From Mobula birostris (Eukaryota): a DNA stretch of 64,000 bases. The stretch covers positions 35,084,347-35,148,346 of the forward strand of contig NC_092386.1 of the NCBI RefSeq assembly GCF_030028105.1, written 5' to 3'. The notes under the pieces were generated by a model. That model made no database searches. It saw only the letters and a program-made list of their open reading frames with translations, and was not told the origin of the DNA. The position numbers and the translations under genes are program-made. Positions 24,301 through 36,798 of this stretch are shown here, piece after piece (position 1 is the first letter of the stretch; the number at the start of each line of letters is the position of its first letter).

Positions 24301-27300
24301 CCCTTTCCTGATTCCAATACCCTTGGTGATATGTTCAGATTGTCTCCAAAGCTAGCTCTTAACCTTGTCCGACATCTATGTCTTCTGGTATTAGATATCT
24401 ATAATAGGGTAGGTTTTCTACTATCTTCATGACTATGTTCTGAATTTTGCATGCTTGTCTCATGTTCTCCCTCAACTGCACTTATTGCAAAGAAAACATA
24501 CCCAGTCTATCCAGCTGCTTCTCTTAAAGAAAATGCAGTGCAACCACATCCTTCCTGTAGTATAGTGACCAGAATTCTTCTGCACCAAGGTCCTTCTGTT
24601 CCTTGGTCCTCCCTAAGGACCTGCCATTCAATGTTTATTTAAACCTTGTTTGTCTTCCCAAGGTACATCAGCCTCACACTTATCAGAGTCAAATTCCACC
24701 AGCCATAGCTGTAAACCAAATCTTCTGAAATGTTTGTATTAATTTTTCAAACAAAGATTGAAATTTTTCCAAAAAAACCTTGTGGTGTCTTGGTACTAAC
24801 TTGTGGAATTTCATCAGTCATTTTGATTAGAATCTTCCCTTGTCTTCTAAATTATGAATTTTTTGACTGTCATTGTATACTGATTTTAAGGTGTGGATGA
24901 AGATACAATCATAGACATTTTGACAACACGAACTAATTGTCAACGGCAACAAATAGCAGCAGCTTATCAACAAGCTGTTGGAAAGGTCAGTTATTCCTTA
25001 AGCTGGTCCTGTTGGGGTAATGTGCACAAACCAGAATTAATTCATTGATTTTATTATATAATTTTTACATAGAGACTGATAATTTGAATTTTTTATATCC
25101 TGCCAGCAACTCAGAGATGTCATTAAGAGCAGTCTGTCCAAGAAGTTAGAGACAGTGGCTCTTGATCTGCTGAAAACTCCAGCTCAGTATGATGCACATC
25201 AGATGTATTATGCTATGAAGGTAATCATTTCAATAACTGTATTTGATCCTTTTTTCAGTAAAAAAAAATCCCTAATCTTTATATTGAAACTTCTTGCAGC
25301 TAATGGACAATATACTGGTGAGGTCAACAAAAAAAAATTCTTGATTTTACTGGCCAGTTTTTCCACTTTTTTAGGATACCCATGCAATGACCTTTGCTCA
25401 AAAGCTTCCATTGGCAATACATATGAAAGATGGACACTATTTTCCCCCTATTTGGGATATCCTCAGAGCCTCCTAATCAGCTTTGCACAAAACTCTATTT
25501 CTTTCACTGACTAAGTGTACTGTTAGTGGCCTTCCCAGGATGTGCATACTTAAACTAAATCCTGTTTCTTTGTACAACTTTTTGTGGCGTTTACAGTACT
25601 TTGCTTTTCTGGCCTTTCATTTGAACACTGGGTAAAACTGAAATGGGAATCTAAATTTTAGCACTATTAAAGAGGCACATTAAATGTGTCCATTAACTTA
25701 TCTTAGTGGGGGAGGAGGGAGCGGGACCTGAAGTTTAACACAGTCTGTTCCCTTTCACTCAAGCATCTTGCCCATTTAGTGGAATGGTTAAAAATTACCA
25801 ATACATTATGGCCATCAATTCTGTATTTTAATCTTTTAACAGTTGAAAGTTTGTTGGTAAAGGAACAATTTATTTTTACAGAGTAGAGGAAATTCTTGGC
25901 AAATATAGATCAGAGTGAATTGAACTTCATACCAATTAAGAAATTAGTAAGTTTAATGATAGAATATGTGAGGGCAGTCAGGAGAAAACGAATGAGTTTA
26001 CTACCAATTAAATCATGGAATAAGATTTTATTTGTGGCATTTGCTGAGATGAGCCTTGCAATTTAGAAACACAATCCATCTTTGATCCAATCCTTCAAAC
26101 TATGCAGGTGTTATTAATTTTCAACTTTTTGTATTGATAGGGTCTAGGTACTGATGAAGGTACATTGGTGGAAATACTTGTAACCAGGGGCAACAAGGAG
26201 AAAAATGACTTGATTAAAGCTTACAAAGAAGGTAATGCATTTGATATTGTGTGCTTGGGGGACATTTTAGGACGTTGGGGAATGGAACTTCATTTAAATT
26301 TTCAACAACTTTTTTCCCAGAATTTAAGAAAGATCTGGCAGAAAAAATAAAAGGTGATACATCTGGAGCATTTCAAAAAGCTTTGCTCATGCTACTTGAG
26401 GTACTGCAAACTACATTTTACTTTGTTCAAATGTCCTTTCAATGCTGCTGTATTTTGTATTTTGGATTGTATTCAACAAATAAGAAAGCTGTCTTATTAA
26501 CTGTCCAACTTTAAGCAAGGCAAAAAAAAACTTTACCTCATTGACATGATGAGGGTATTTCTCAATGCTATCTAAGATTTCCCTGAGATATAATGAATTG
26601 TCTTGAACAACTAGTGTATCTTATTTAGCTGAAGGCAGAAGAGTCTGTTGTTTGGACTTGATTGCAATGGATAATGTTCATATTTCTAAGTCTGGATGAT
26701 ATGTGACCTGCACCACCAAATTCAGGTACAGTTGCTACCATCAGGCTCCTGAACGAGCATGGATAACTTCAGTCAAGTCTGAATGGGTTCCGCAACCAAT
26801 GGACACACTTTCAAGGACTCTGCATCTCCTGTTCTCAGCATTGTACACTTATTTTTATTTTTTATTTGAAGTTTGTCTTCTTTTACACTTTGATTGTTTG
26901 TCAGTCTTTGTGTGTAGGTTTACATAAATCCATTTATGCCTCTGTTCTACTGTGAACGCCCGCAACAAATAAATTTCAAAACAGTTTATGGTGATGTACA
27001 CATAGTTTGATAATAAATTCACTTTGCTCTTTGGGGAAAATGAAGCTCATGGTCCCATGTGCCCTATTTCTCTGATCCTTGATGTACAAGTGTTGTTGGA
27101 ATATCAACTGTACTGTGGTGAGAGGACTGAATATGAAACTATATGAGTTAACAATAAAGCACTATTTTAAGTTGTCAAGCTGCATTCATCCCTGAAGGTA
27201 GAGAGTATTCCACAGTGCTCCTGGTTTCTTGTAGATAATGCAAGACTTGAATTAAGCTGCAAGTCATTGCCACATGATACCTGGCCTTTGATCCCCTTGA

Positions 27301-30300
27301 AACCAGAGTATGAGGGGTGATTGATAAGTTTGTGGGCTAAGGTAGAAGGGGTCAATTTTAGAAAACCTAGCACATTTATTTTTCCTACATTTACACACTT
27401 AGTCCAGTGGTTGTGGAGCATACGGATCCCTTCTTTGTAGAAGTTGGCATCTTGGACCTCCAGAAGTGGTTCACAGCAGGGGTCATTGATAGGTTCAAGG
27501 CCTAAAGTAGGAGGAGATGTTACTAACTTCAAAATTTCTGCATTTTCACTCAGAGTTGAACTGCACGTGCATGTAACAAGAGCTGTATAACTCATCTCCT
27601 TCTACCTAAGGCCACAAACTTATCAATCACCCCTGCTGTGGACCACCTGGAGGTCCAAAATGCTCTCGTTATATGCACGTGCAGTTCAACTCTTTGAATG
27701 ATAATGCAGAAAGTTTGAGTTAATAACTCAGCTCCTTCTACCTTAGGCCACGAACTTATCAATCACCCCTGCTTAGGACCACTTCTACAAAGAAGGGATC
27801 CATATGTTCCATGACCACTGAACTAAGTGTGTACATGTAGGAGGGGACTATGCTGAAAATAAATGTGCTAGGTTTTCTAAAATTGACTCCTTCTACCTTA
27901 GGCCACAAACTTATCAATCATCCCTCATATTTTTGACTGTTCTATTTAAGTTAATGATGATTGCCATACTCAGTGTTTATGGCAAGCTGCCTAGTAATGG
28001 GTTAAACTTTGATCTTGCCTGAAATTTGTGGGTCTTCCTGCATTAATAGCTTCAAATGCTGAGAAGTTCCAAATGAAATGAAACAGTACTATAGTCATCA
28101 GTAAACATTGCTACATCTTTGCCTAAAGGTAAAGCAAATGGGATCTGGCTTCTCTCAATTTTCAGTAGTATAATCATCATCATTATGGGCTGTGTCATAT
28201 GACATGGGCAGTCTTGGTCTCCATGGCCATGATTTTTCTTGGCAATTTTTTCTATAGGAGTGTTTGTCATTACCTTCTTTCGGGCAGTGTCTTTACAAGA
28301 TGGGTGACCCCAGCCATATCAATATCTTCTGAAGTTGTCTGCCTGGTGTCAGTGGTTGCATAACAGGGACTTGTGATATGCACCAGCTGCTCATATGCCC
28401 GTCCAGTCCCTGCTACTATGGCTTCACGTGTGTTCCACAGGCTCCACACTGCCACCCCATCAATAAAAGGATGTGTCTTTCACAAGTGCTATTGAGCGGT
28501 GCTCATTTTAGTTTATGACGAAGTTCATGAAATGTTATCAAGGGGAATGATAATTAGGATCTTGGAATAAAACTCCCAGATGATGGAAATACAAAAATTA
28601 CATTGAGCATCATCTGTGGTGAGAATTGAAATTCGGAGTCAAGGACTCACCATTAGAACTAAAGGGAGAAAATGGATTTAAAATTGTGCAGAGAATGGAC
28701 GGGTAATCTGTGAGGCATAAACAAAAGCTGTTGAGGTAATTTTCAAAATCTGTGAGTTGTAACAAAATTGAGGCAAAGGTGCAGCCACATTCATGGAGAA
28801 GTGTTTCCCTAAAAACGGCTTAAACCTCAATATTAAAGCCAAAGATTCTAATGTAACGAGTGGGAGGGGGAGATGCTGGTAAATATGCTGGTTATCAATG
28901 GAGCAACATGAGTCAAGTAAAGTGATGAGCAACTAGAAACTTAGAATCAACATATGGATTAAATGGAGGTGCTTTGTAAAGCAGCCACCCAATGTAGGTC
29001 TGTGTGCTCCAGTCTAGAGGAGGCCGAATTCAGTACTAAATGCAGTGCTCTACATTCAAGATGCTGCTTCATGCAGAAGGACTCTTTCCTTCTCTGATAG
29101 TTGGAAGGGAAGTATGGAACGAGAGAAGAATGGTTGGTGGAGATGAAGTGAAACAATCAGGGACGATGAATCTTTTGAAATGAGTCTTCTCACTTTTGCC
29201 AGTTCTGATGCCACAAAACATTTTGTTTCTCTCCCCTGACACTGCCTGATCAGAATGCTTCCAACATTTGTTCTTACTGTCAGGATGTGGTCTGACTGTT
29301 TAAGTCTTTTGTAGCTTCATTAGAGCTAACTGAATTAATGTTGCAGATTTATAGTTTTCAAGTCTGTGATTTTAATTTTCAAGTCCACAGGAAAATTTTT
29401 ATTTATAAATAGGGTGGGAAGAAGAATTATCATAAACAGGAGTTTGTACTTGGCCCTAGTCTATTTTAAGTATCTGTATTGCACAGCAAACTTATTGTAT
29501 AAATATAGCTAACCTCAAAAGATCCTGGAATTCCCTGCCTTTTAAGAAAATGGTTGAACATAATTCCCCCTGAACATAGTTCTTGCTAGACTGTTGAGTA
29601 TTCCTTATGTTCACAGGCACTTTGGGATATTTGTGTGTGAGGGGGGTAGGGGGTTAGAAAAGAATAAAGATTTACTCTCATTTCCAATACAAGATGCATA
29701 ATTACAGTACCAAACTGACTTGACTGTCAACTAGAACAGCAAAGTAAATGTTACAATTGACATGAAGATACTATAGCCAAGTTCCTCTAACCTGTATTGT
29801 CCTTCCCATAAAAGATGTGAATATGAATTCATTACAAATAATTGTTATTTCTTGCCCCATTAAATTACTGGCAGTTGTGCATTAACTATTTAAGGGCTGC
29901 TTGTACCTTTGCTATGATCCTCTGCAGCTATTTTGAGGATTTTTAAACTTCAAGATGTCTAAATTATATGTACACTCTGTTTTCTTGGAAGGAATTTTAT
30001 ATTTGATAAAGACTTAAATTATGCATTTTAATTTTAGTGGCGCAGAAGCCTCACTAACTAGAAAGTCACATTGGTTCCTCTGAGTGCTCTGATTTTCTCC
30101 CACATTCTAAAGATATATGGGTTAGTAGGTTAATTGGGCACATGCGTGTAATTATGTGGTGCAGGCTTGTTGGCCTGAAAGGGCCTGTTAATATGCTGTA
30201 TTTCTAAATAAAAATCTCCTTAAACCTCAGTCAACCAGAGATGAAAGTAATGAAGTGGATCATGATCTTGCTGATGATGATGCAAGGGTAAGTTGAATGC

Positions 30301-33300
30301 ATTTCTCAAAATTCAAACTATTTTGGTTAAGACTGCTGAAGTAACTGAAAGACTAAACTATGTCCTTTATTCAGGCTTTGTATGAAGCTGGTGAAAAACA
30401 GAAAGGGACAGATGTTGACACATTCGTTAAACTTCTGTCGAGCAGGAACACTGAGCATCTAAAAACTGGTAAGATTACATCAAACATCAACATACTAACA
30501 TATCTGGCTCAACTATGTAACCACTGTTTGATGAATATTGGGTTACTAAGTAGTAAGTTTTAAATCCGTGTGTTCAAATTTCAAGTGGTGCAAGATGCCT
30601 TATTTGTGGCTTGTACTGATTTACTTGAGTTATGATGTGATAAGAGTTGGACATATTGCAGGAAAGTTCCAATTTATTTAACTCTATACAATTCATGGCC
30701 CAAAATGAAAATCTCTCATTCTTCATTTACCTCAGCATTAAAGTTTAAGACCAGAAGACTTGGGTAGAATTAGGCTATTTGGCACATTGAGTCTGCTCCA
30801 CCATTTCCTCATGGCTAATTTATTTTCCCTCCGTAAGACATCTTAATTTAGATTTTTACCAAAGAACAAAGGCTGTTTAAATCTTGATTTGCTCTTGTGT
30901 GATACCACCCACAGTGTTTCATGTGTATCATGGTAAACATAAGACAAAGCACTGTATAATTTACATGATATCAGATAGAAAAAGTGACAGCAATGCTTTT
31001 TCTAGGAAAAGGAAGTTGAATTTGTAGGAACTTTCAAATTTGGGGAAAAGAACATTCCTTCATAATACTGCATGAAAGATAAAAAGTGCATGCAAAGTAA
31101 AATAGCTCTGATGTGATTGCTTATTGTTACTTCGAAACTTCCTAGACTGGTATTGGAGAATTTGTTTGGATAAACAGTTTGACTAATCCTACGATTAAAT
31201 GAGACTTTCATACTTGCCTTGATTATGTATTGGTATCTGAAGTGACCCCAGTACATAAGAGGGGTTTGAAACATTTTCCAGATTGTATTTTGCATCCAAT
31301 TTATAATTGGATTAATTATTCAAGACTTGAACTTTGAAGTGTTTAAACTAAAATATAGCAAGATTCTGAGCTATAAATTTGTATAAATTAAAAAAAAATT
31401 CATGCATCATTGAGAAAACCTAGTCACTGTCCTGTCTTTTCATCTTAGTGTTTGAGAGGTACACAAAGTACAGTCCACATGATGTGGGCAAGGCCTTGGA
31501 TCTTGAGCTGAAAGGGGACATAGAAAATTTACTAATATCTTTGGGTAAGTAAGTCTAGAAGCTGTGCTAATCAGTTTAAATATTATCCAAGTGAAATTTA
31601 ACTACATTGTAGTGACGGTGCCTTTAGATTTACCAATGGTTTATTTGTTGGTACTCATAAAAAAAACTCTTCAAAAGTGAGCCAAAACCATATATTTTTT
31701 TTTAATTCGCTCAACAATCACATCAAATACCAACGGCATTCAGCAAACACTTCCTGGAAGTAATGCTAACTTAGAACTGATGTTCAGCTGCTGATAATTG
31801 GATGTGGTGCTTAACATTCAAAGTGGATTTTAATGACCATGTTTGGAATGGAAGCATCACATTGTTAAAATAGGTTCAACTCTTGTGTGACTAGTAGTAG
31901 GCGTTTGGATATGTACAATTATACTTATTTACCCACCCTTGCTAGAACATCACATTTTGGTGCATGAACATATGTAAGTCTCTGCTTTCAGAAATGACTG
32001 ATTCCTGTCAGACTAAAATGCAGACAAATGGGCTCAGCTTCAGGATGTTGGCCGTGATCAAGGGCAAGTTGAAAAATGTACTGAGAGAAATCTTACGTTC
32101 TATTTCTGGAATTTTACATAAGCATACATTTGAAAAACAACTTATCCAACAATTAAAGTTGCTTCCATTGATGTGAAGTGCATTCAAAAATATTGAACTT
32201 GTATCATTTGGGATAAGTAGTGCTACAATTCAATATTCTGAAAATTCACTGCATTCCCATTAAATACAGCACTTGTGTAAAAGGCTCAAACTTAAGAATG
32301 GTTAATAATAATCCAGAACCAAAGAACTGACAAATTTTACATCAGTTCAAAGACAAAATATTTGAGTACTGAAGCTGGGAAGCCAGTCTATTTCCTTGAC
32401 AATCAGTGTGAATCTGTTTGAAGCAGTACTTCTGAACTGAGGCTATTTGTACTACCTCTGTAGGATGGGTAATATAAAAGCTAGCATAGAATTAATAAAT
32501 TGAATAGCCATCAAATGTTTTAAGGAAATGTATGAAATTAAGTCTTCACATCTTCCTTTATTGCTGAGTGGAAAGGTTTTTGGAAGATGGCAGCAAACAA
32601 TAATTTCTCTAGGTTCAGTTCTTCACCACAGCAAAATATTATGTAATAGCAACATTAAGTGGATAGGAGGAAATCTACTTAGCTTCATCAGGAGTTAGAA
32701 ATTTTTTGTACAATCAATTCTCAGATTAAACATACATCACATTTGGGTTCATCAATTTGGTGACTTATCCAAATTCCATTTTGAGAGGTGACACCAGACT
32801 GCAGATATTGGTTGCTGAAGGGAGTAACTGGATAAAGAAATCAGTGAGTCACCCAGCATCTGTAGAGGAAAAGTTAACATTTTGGGTCAAGACCCTGTAT
32901 CAGGACTGAGATTGTCTGAAGTGGTAAGGGGCCATGCCCAAGAGCATATTGAAGCAACATGGCCCAAGTCCGAGAGCAAGGAACAATATAGCTTCCTACA
33001 TTTGGCCAACTTAAGCACTGGGCCAGATTGAAAAGGTCAGGATGTTGAGGCCAGAAGAGAGGGATGGGCTGATGTTCAGCATATTGCTTGGTGAGGTTTA
33101 CTTGTCTCTGCACTGAACTGAGGCTGTGGCTTGCAACTAATGGGCTCCTGGATGGGCTGCAGTGATGACTAGCTGCATGGTTGTGGACTCACTTTCGTGA
33201 ACTTCAGTTCTGAATGTTATTCGTGAACTCTTATTGTTTGCATGTTTTTTTCCCCTGCAGATTGGGTATTTGATGGTCTTCTTTGTTAATGGGTTCTATT

Positions 33301-36300
33301 CGGTTTCTTTGTTTTCTGGCTACCTGTAAAGAGATGAAACTCAAGGTTGTAAATAGTACACATACTTTGATAATAAATGTACATTGAACTTTGGTGAGAG
33401 GTGCAGGAGCTGGAGGTGATGGGTGGAATAAGGAGAGGAGAATGAAGGATAGATGGAATCAGGCAGGGGACAGTGGAGGCTTCTACCTGCCAGCACCTGC
33501 TTTGCCTCTCACATTGCTACTTTATACATACTCGGTCCTGATACAGGATCACAACCTGAAATGTTGACCATTCACCTGCCTCCACAGATGTTGCCTGATG
33601 CACCTAGTTTCTGCAGCAGTTTTCTGTTTCTTCAACCTTTAGATATTTGCCAAAGTGGTATTTACGAGCATTTAGAGGTGATTCCCAGTATAGAAATACC
33701 ACTGTTCCTAAAGCCTGCATTCCAATTCTATAACAAAATTTGTTGTATCAAAAGGAACTTGAATTTTATAGTAATGTCACTTTTTTTTGTACATAGTAAA
33801 ATGCATTGGCAATAGACCAGCCTACTTTGCTGAGAGGTTGCAAGCTTCAATGAAGGTGAGTGTGCCAAGTGTTTGAGAAGCAACAGGTAAATTACTGAAA
33901 GGTATAGTAGAAAAATTAAGCCCATAAGCTTAAAAGAGGCTGTAGCATTATGGTGGAAAACTAAATCACCAGACAGACAGCAGATGCTGGTAATTTTGAA
34001 AAAAGATGCTGGAAACATTCATCAGGTCAGACAGCATCTGTAGAATGTACTGTGATTTCAGGTCAAGGATCTTTCATCAGAAATGGCAAAAGGAACAAGT
34101 TAACTTTAGCTGCAGATAAAATGAAAAAGGGGTGGATGGATTAGACAGTGACCCTCTCTAAGGTGAGGTTAAATCTGCTTTGGTTGATGAAGTCATTCAG
34201 TTGTTGGACTAATTGAGGTAGCTGGAGCAACAATGTAAGTGTTGTTGAGGCTGGAGGAAATGGCCATCAGATCAGGCAGTGTCAATGAAGAGAAATTGAA
34301 TAACTGTTAAAATAACTAACAGAAAAACTGGCCAGATCTAATGCAAATGTGTCACCTGGAATTCAGTTTGATAGCACAGGTAACTTCACTGAAATAAAAT
34401 TTTGATATGCTGCTTATGAAATTGTAGGAAGCCATATGTAGACCAGAGTTGATGGAGAATTAGTGACTGGCAACTGGAAACTTAGTCATCCTTGCAGACT
34501 AATGAAGGTGCTCTGTAAATTAGTCATCTGTGTGCATTGTCCTCTAATGGGGGTTACATTAAGCACAGTGCAAAACATAAAGTTGTTTTTGCAGACCATA
34601 GAGAAATGAAGTTTGGGATTCAGTATTAGGACCCTGTTGCTTTTATTGCATATTAATGATTTGTAAGTAAAGATACAATGCAAATATTAAGAAACCAATT
34701 TGTGGGATAGCAAGACAGGCTACATTTGATACAGAAAAGTGAGATTGACAGAAGAATGGAGGAAAAGATGTGCTGTGTTTAACTATGTACATTCATGCCT
34801 TTCTAGCACCTTGGAAATTAATCCAAAACTTATTTTTGCACTTTCAGGGTTATGGTACAGATGATAATACTTTGATCAGAATTGTAGTTTCCCGTTCTGA
34901 AGTGGATTTGAAGGATATTAAAGTGGAATACAAAGCTAAATTTGGAAAAACCCTTAACACTGCCATCAAGGTAAGATGAGTTTTCACTTTTGCGTTTGGT
35001 CTACAATTCTGAAGATTCCACTTACTTTGTAACCCAGTGTCTGTGGCAGTTAGTCTGTGAGGATGGAAGAACAAAGGTGTAGAATTGATAATCTTGATCA
35101 TTGTGGAAAAATTGGTATAAAGTCCTTAACCGTAGAATTAAATAACAAAAATATGTGCAGGACAAACTATTTAGCAAACCCAATTCCTTTCTGAGGTGCC
35201 TTAGTAATTGATAAATATGAATATAGGATAGTCTTCCACAGTCCTTTGAATCCACAAACATGTAGCTAATAAAATTTAGTTGTACAGCAGAGATGGGTTC
35301 ATTAATTTATCAGGCCTATGCTACCCCAGTAGCCACTTGCATTAGTCTCATGTTCTCCCACGTTCCCAGCTGGGGTAAAATTTAATGGCCAATTAACTGC
35401 CAATCCACATGCCTTTGGAATGTTGGAGGAAACTAGAGCACCCGTAGGAACCCACGAAGAAATGAACATATAAATTCCACAAAGCGTCTGTGGTTAGGAT
35501 TAAACCTGGGTTTCAGCTGTGAGGAAGCACCTCTATCACTGTGCCACTGCTTTCCAAAATTCTGTGGCCTTGAACTGTTCGTTAGTTAGTGACTTGTATA
35601 AATAAATACGCCAGCTTAATGAGCTTGTGAATTTGATAAGACATAGAGGTAGCTCAGAATTGTACAGATATTGACTGTAATGCTGCCATAGTGCTTTCTC
35701 CATGTTGAGGCTACTTTCATTCAGAATTCTAAATATTTAAAAGCCAAGGTTATAGCTTCAAATATTTAGGTATGATTGTATGCAAATTTGTCTGAAGAAC
35801 TTGCTTTGTTGGTTACATGTGGTTAATAAACAGCTGGGATATCTGAACTTTCAATACTAAACTTCAGAATATTGCCCTTGGAATGAGCGCAGCATACTTG
35901 ACAGAATATTTGTCAGAAGTAACAAAATACTATTCTTGGTTTATATTTACAAAGGAAGTACTAGTAACTTTTTCCCCTTTTCTAGAAAGTTTGCATTACA
36001 TTTAAGTTTAAACAGTATCTTATTGGATAAAGTATTCATTCAAGTATTTTAAGTTCAAGTAAATTTCATGAAATACGAGTTTAAATTAAATCTGCACGTA
36101 GCCATGTATCTTACTTGTAATAATCTTTGATCCTTGGTCATAATATTGTTTTTTTAAGATGACCTTGGTTTTCTGATTTGAGTATAAAATGATTTCAAAT
36201 ATGCTCAAGCATGTATTTATTAATGCTGGAATAAAAAAGGAATGCATTCCATTTTATTTTTCTCTACAGGATGAAACCAAGGGAGATTATGAGAAAATCC

Positions 36301-36329
36301 TGCTGTCGCTCTGTGGAAGCAATGAGTAA
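21295..36329 (+). CDS. ANXA1: Annexin A1-like protein, 338 aa; join(21295..21348,23841..23934,24891..24985,25107..25220,26141..26231,26321..26400,30231..30287,30375..30468,31449..31544,33797..33855,34848..34970,36270..36329)
   Basis: All introns are GT-AG and phases are consistent; total 1017 nt with no internal stop. Internal exon sizes 95/114/91/80/57/94/96/59/123 match the vertebrate annexin pattern, and the 57-nt exon is the ANXA1 type (60 in ANXA2). Motifs [24 protein letters not shown] and [16 protein letters not shown] are ANXA1-like. Strict orthology to ANXA1 is uncertain (see findings). Confidence 0.93.
21455..22095 (+). mobile_element. CR1 3' fragment in annexin intron 2
   Basis: [15 protein letters not shown] and CR1 3'UTR. 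Confidence 0.8.
23175..23610 (-). mobile_element. CR1 3' fragment in annexin intron 2
   Basis: Minus-strand RVWNDLP motif and 3' tail. Confidence 0.7.
23841..23934 (+). CDS. ANXA1: Annexin exon 3: [31 protein letters not shown](G)
   Basis: Acceptor cgtAG; donor AAAG|gtaagc; resembles ANXA1 [24 protein letters not shown]. Confidence 0.92.
24891..24985 (+). CDS. ANXA1: Annexin exon 4 (95 nt): [31 protein letters not shown]
   Basis: AG/GT bounded; canonical 95-nt size; repeat-1 GVDE motif. Confidence 0.96.
25107..25220 (+). CDS. ANXA1: Annexin exon 5 (114 nt): [38 protein letters not shown]
   Basis: AG/GT bounded; canonical 114-nt size; [10 protein letters not shown] motif of the ANXA1/ANXA2 group. 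Confidence 0.96.
26141..26231 (+). CDS. ANXA1: Annexin exon 6 (91 nt): [30 protein letters not shown]
   Basis: AG/GT bounded; GLGTDE endonexin motif. Confidence 0.96.
26321..26400 (+). CDS. ANXA1: Annexin exon 7 (80 nt): [26 protein letters not shown]
   Basis: AG/GT bounded; DTSG cap motif. Confidence 0.96.
27311..27927. mobile_element. Mariner-derived palindromic MITE in annexin intron 7
   Basis: TA on both sides; long inverted termini (tgaggggtgattgataagtttgtgg... / ...ccacaaacttatcaatcatccctca); arms encode the mariner transposase C-terminus remnant [17 protein letters not shown]. Confidence 0.85.
30035..30214 (+). mobile_element. V-SINE-like element ending just upstream of annexin exon 8
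   Basis: Core ggttcctctgagtgctctgattttctcccacattc and 3' end gggcctgtt...tgctgtatttctaaataaaaa, as in the copies at 36520 and 44615. Confidence 0.7.
30231..30287 (+). CDS. ANXA1: Annexin exon 8 (57 nt): [19 protein letters not shown]
   Basis: Acceptor cctcAG; donor AGG|gtaagt; 19-aa linker like ANXA1 GDRSEDFGVNEDLADSDAR. Confidence 0.94.
30375..30468 (+). CDS. ANXA1: Annexin exon 9 (94 nt): [31 protein letters not shown]
   Basis: AG/GT bounded; repeat-3 motif. Confidence 0.96.
31449..31544 (+). CDS. ANXA1: Annexin exon 10 (96 nt): [31 protein letters not shown]
   Basis: AG/GT bounded; [10 protein letters not shown] matches ANXA1. Confidence 0.96.
33797..33855 (+). CDS. ANXA1: Annexin exon 11 (59 nt): [19 protein letters not shown]
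   Basis: AG/GT bounded; PAYFAERL motif. Confidence 0.96.
34848..34970 (+). CDS. ANXA1: Annexin exon 12 (123 nt): [41 protein letters not shown]
   Basis: AG/GT bounded; repeat-4 LIRIxVSRSExD motif. Confidence 0.96.
36270..36329 (+). CDS. ANXA1: Annexin terminal exon 13, coding part: [19 protein letters not shown]
   Basis: Acceptor tctctacAG; TAA at 36327-36329. Confidence 0.96.
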   Translation, partial: DETKGDYEKILLSLCGSNE

Positions 36330-36436
36330 TGTATGTTGATCCAGGGCAGTTCCCATTTTGGTGTAAAGATGACAAAGCAGTGAAAATGACTTGGAGTTGT
36401 GGAATCAATACTGTATATCTAGTTGTACCAGGTGCA

Positions 36437-36442
36437 AATAAA
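36437..36442 (+). terminator. Candidate polyadenylation signal of the annexin gene
   Basis: AATAAA ~108 nt after the stop codon, followed by a T/GT-rich stretch (cattttgttttttt). Confidence 0.6.
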
Positions 36443-36519
36443 ATACCAAATTGATCCCATTTTGTTTTTTTCCCCAAAATGAATCTATTGATCAAGCTTC
36501 CAATTTCATAATGGATAAA

Positions 36520-36798
36520 CATCACTGTTAGCACAATTATATTACAGCTCAAGGCATTCCAGAGTTCGGAGTAAAGTTCTGCCACTGTTTGTAAGGAGTT
36601 TGTACATTCACACCATGCACTGTGTGGGTTTCCTCCGGGTGCTCCAGTTTCCTCTCACAGTTCAAAGACGACTTGGTTAGTAAGTTAATTGGTATTGTAA
36701 ATTGTCCTGTGATTAAGCCAGTGTTAAATAGATGGATTGCTGGGTGGTACAGCTCATTGGGCCAGAAGAGCCTGTTCTGCATTGTATCCCTAAATAAA
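36520..36798 (+). mobile_element. tRNA-derived V-SINE (other copies at ~6205-6385 +, 35390-35550 -, 37070-37290 +, 44615-44875 +, 53140-53290 -)
   Basis: V-domain core gtgggtttcctccgggtgctccagtttcctc and taaataaa tail. Confidence 0.75.
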
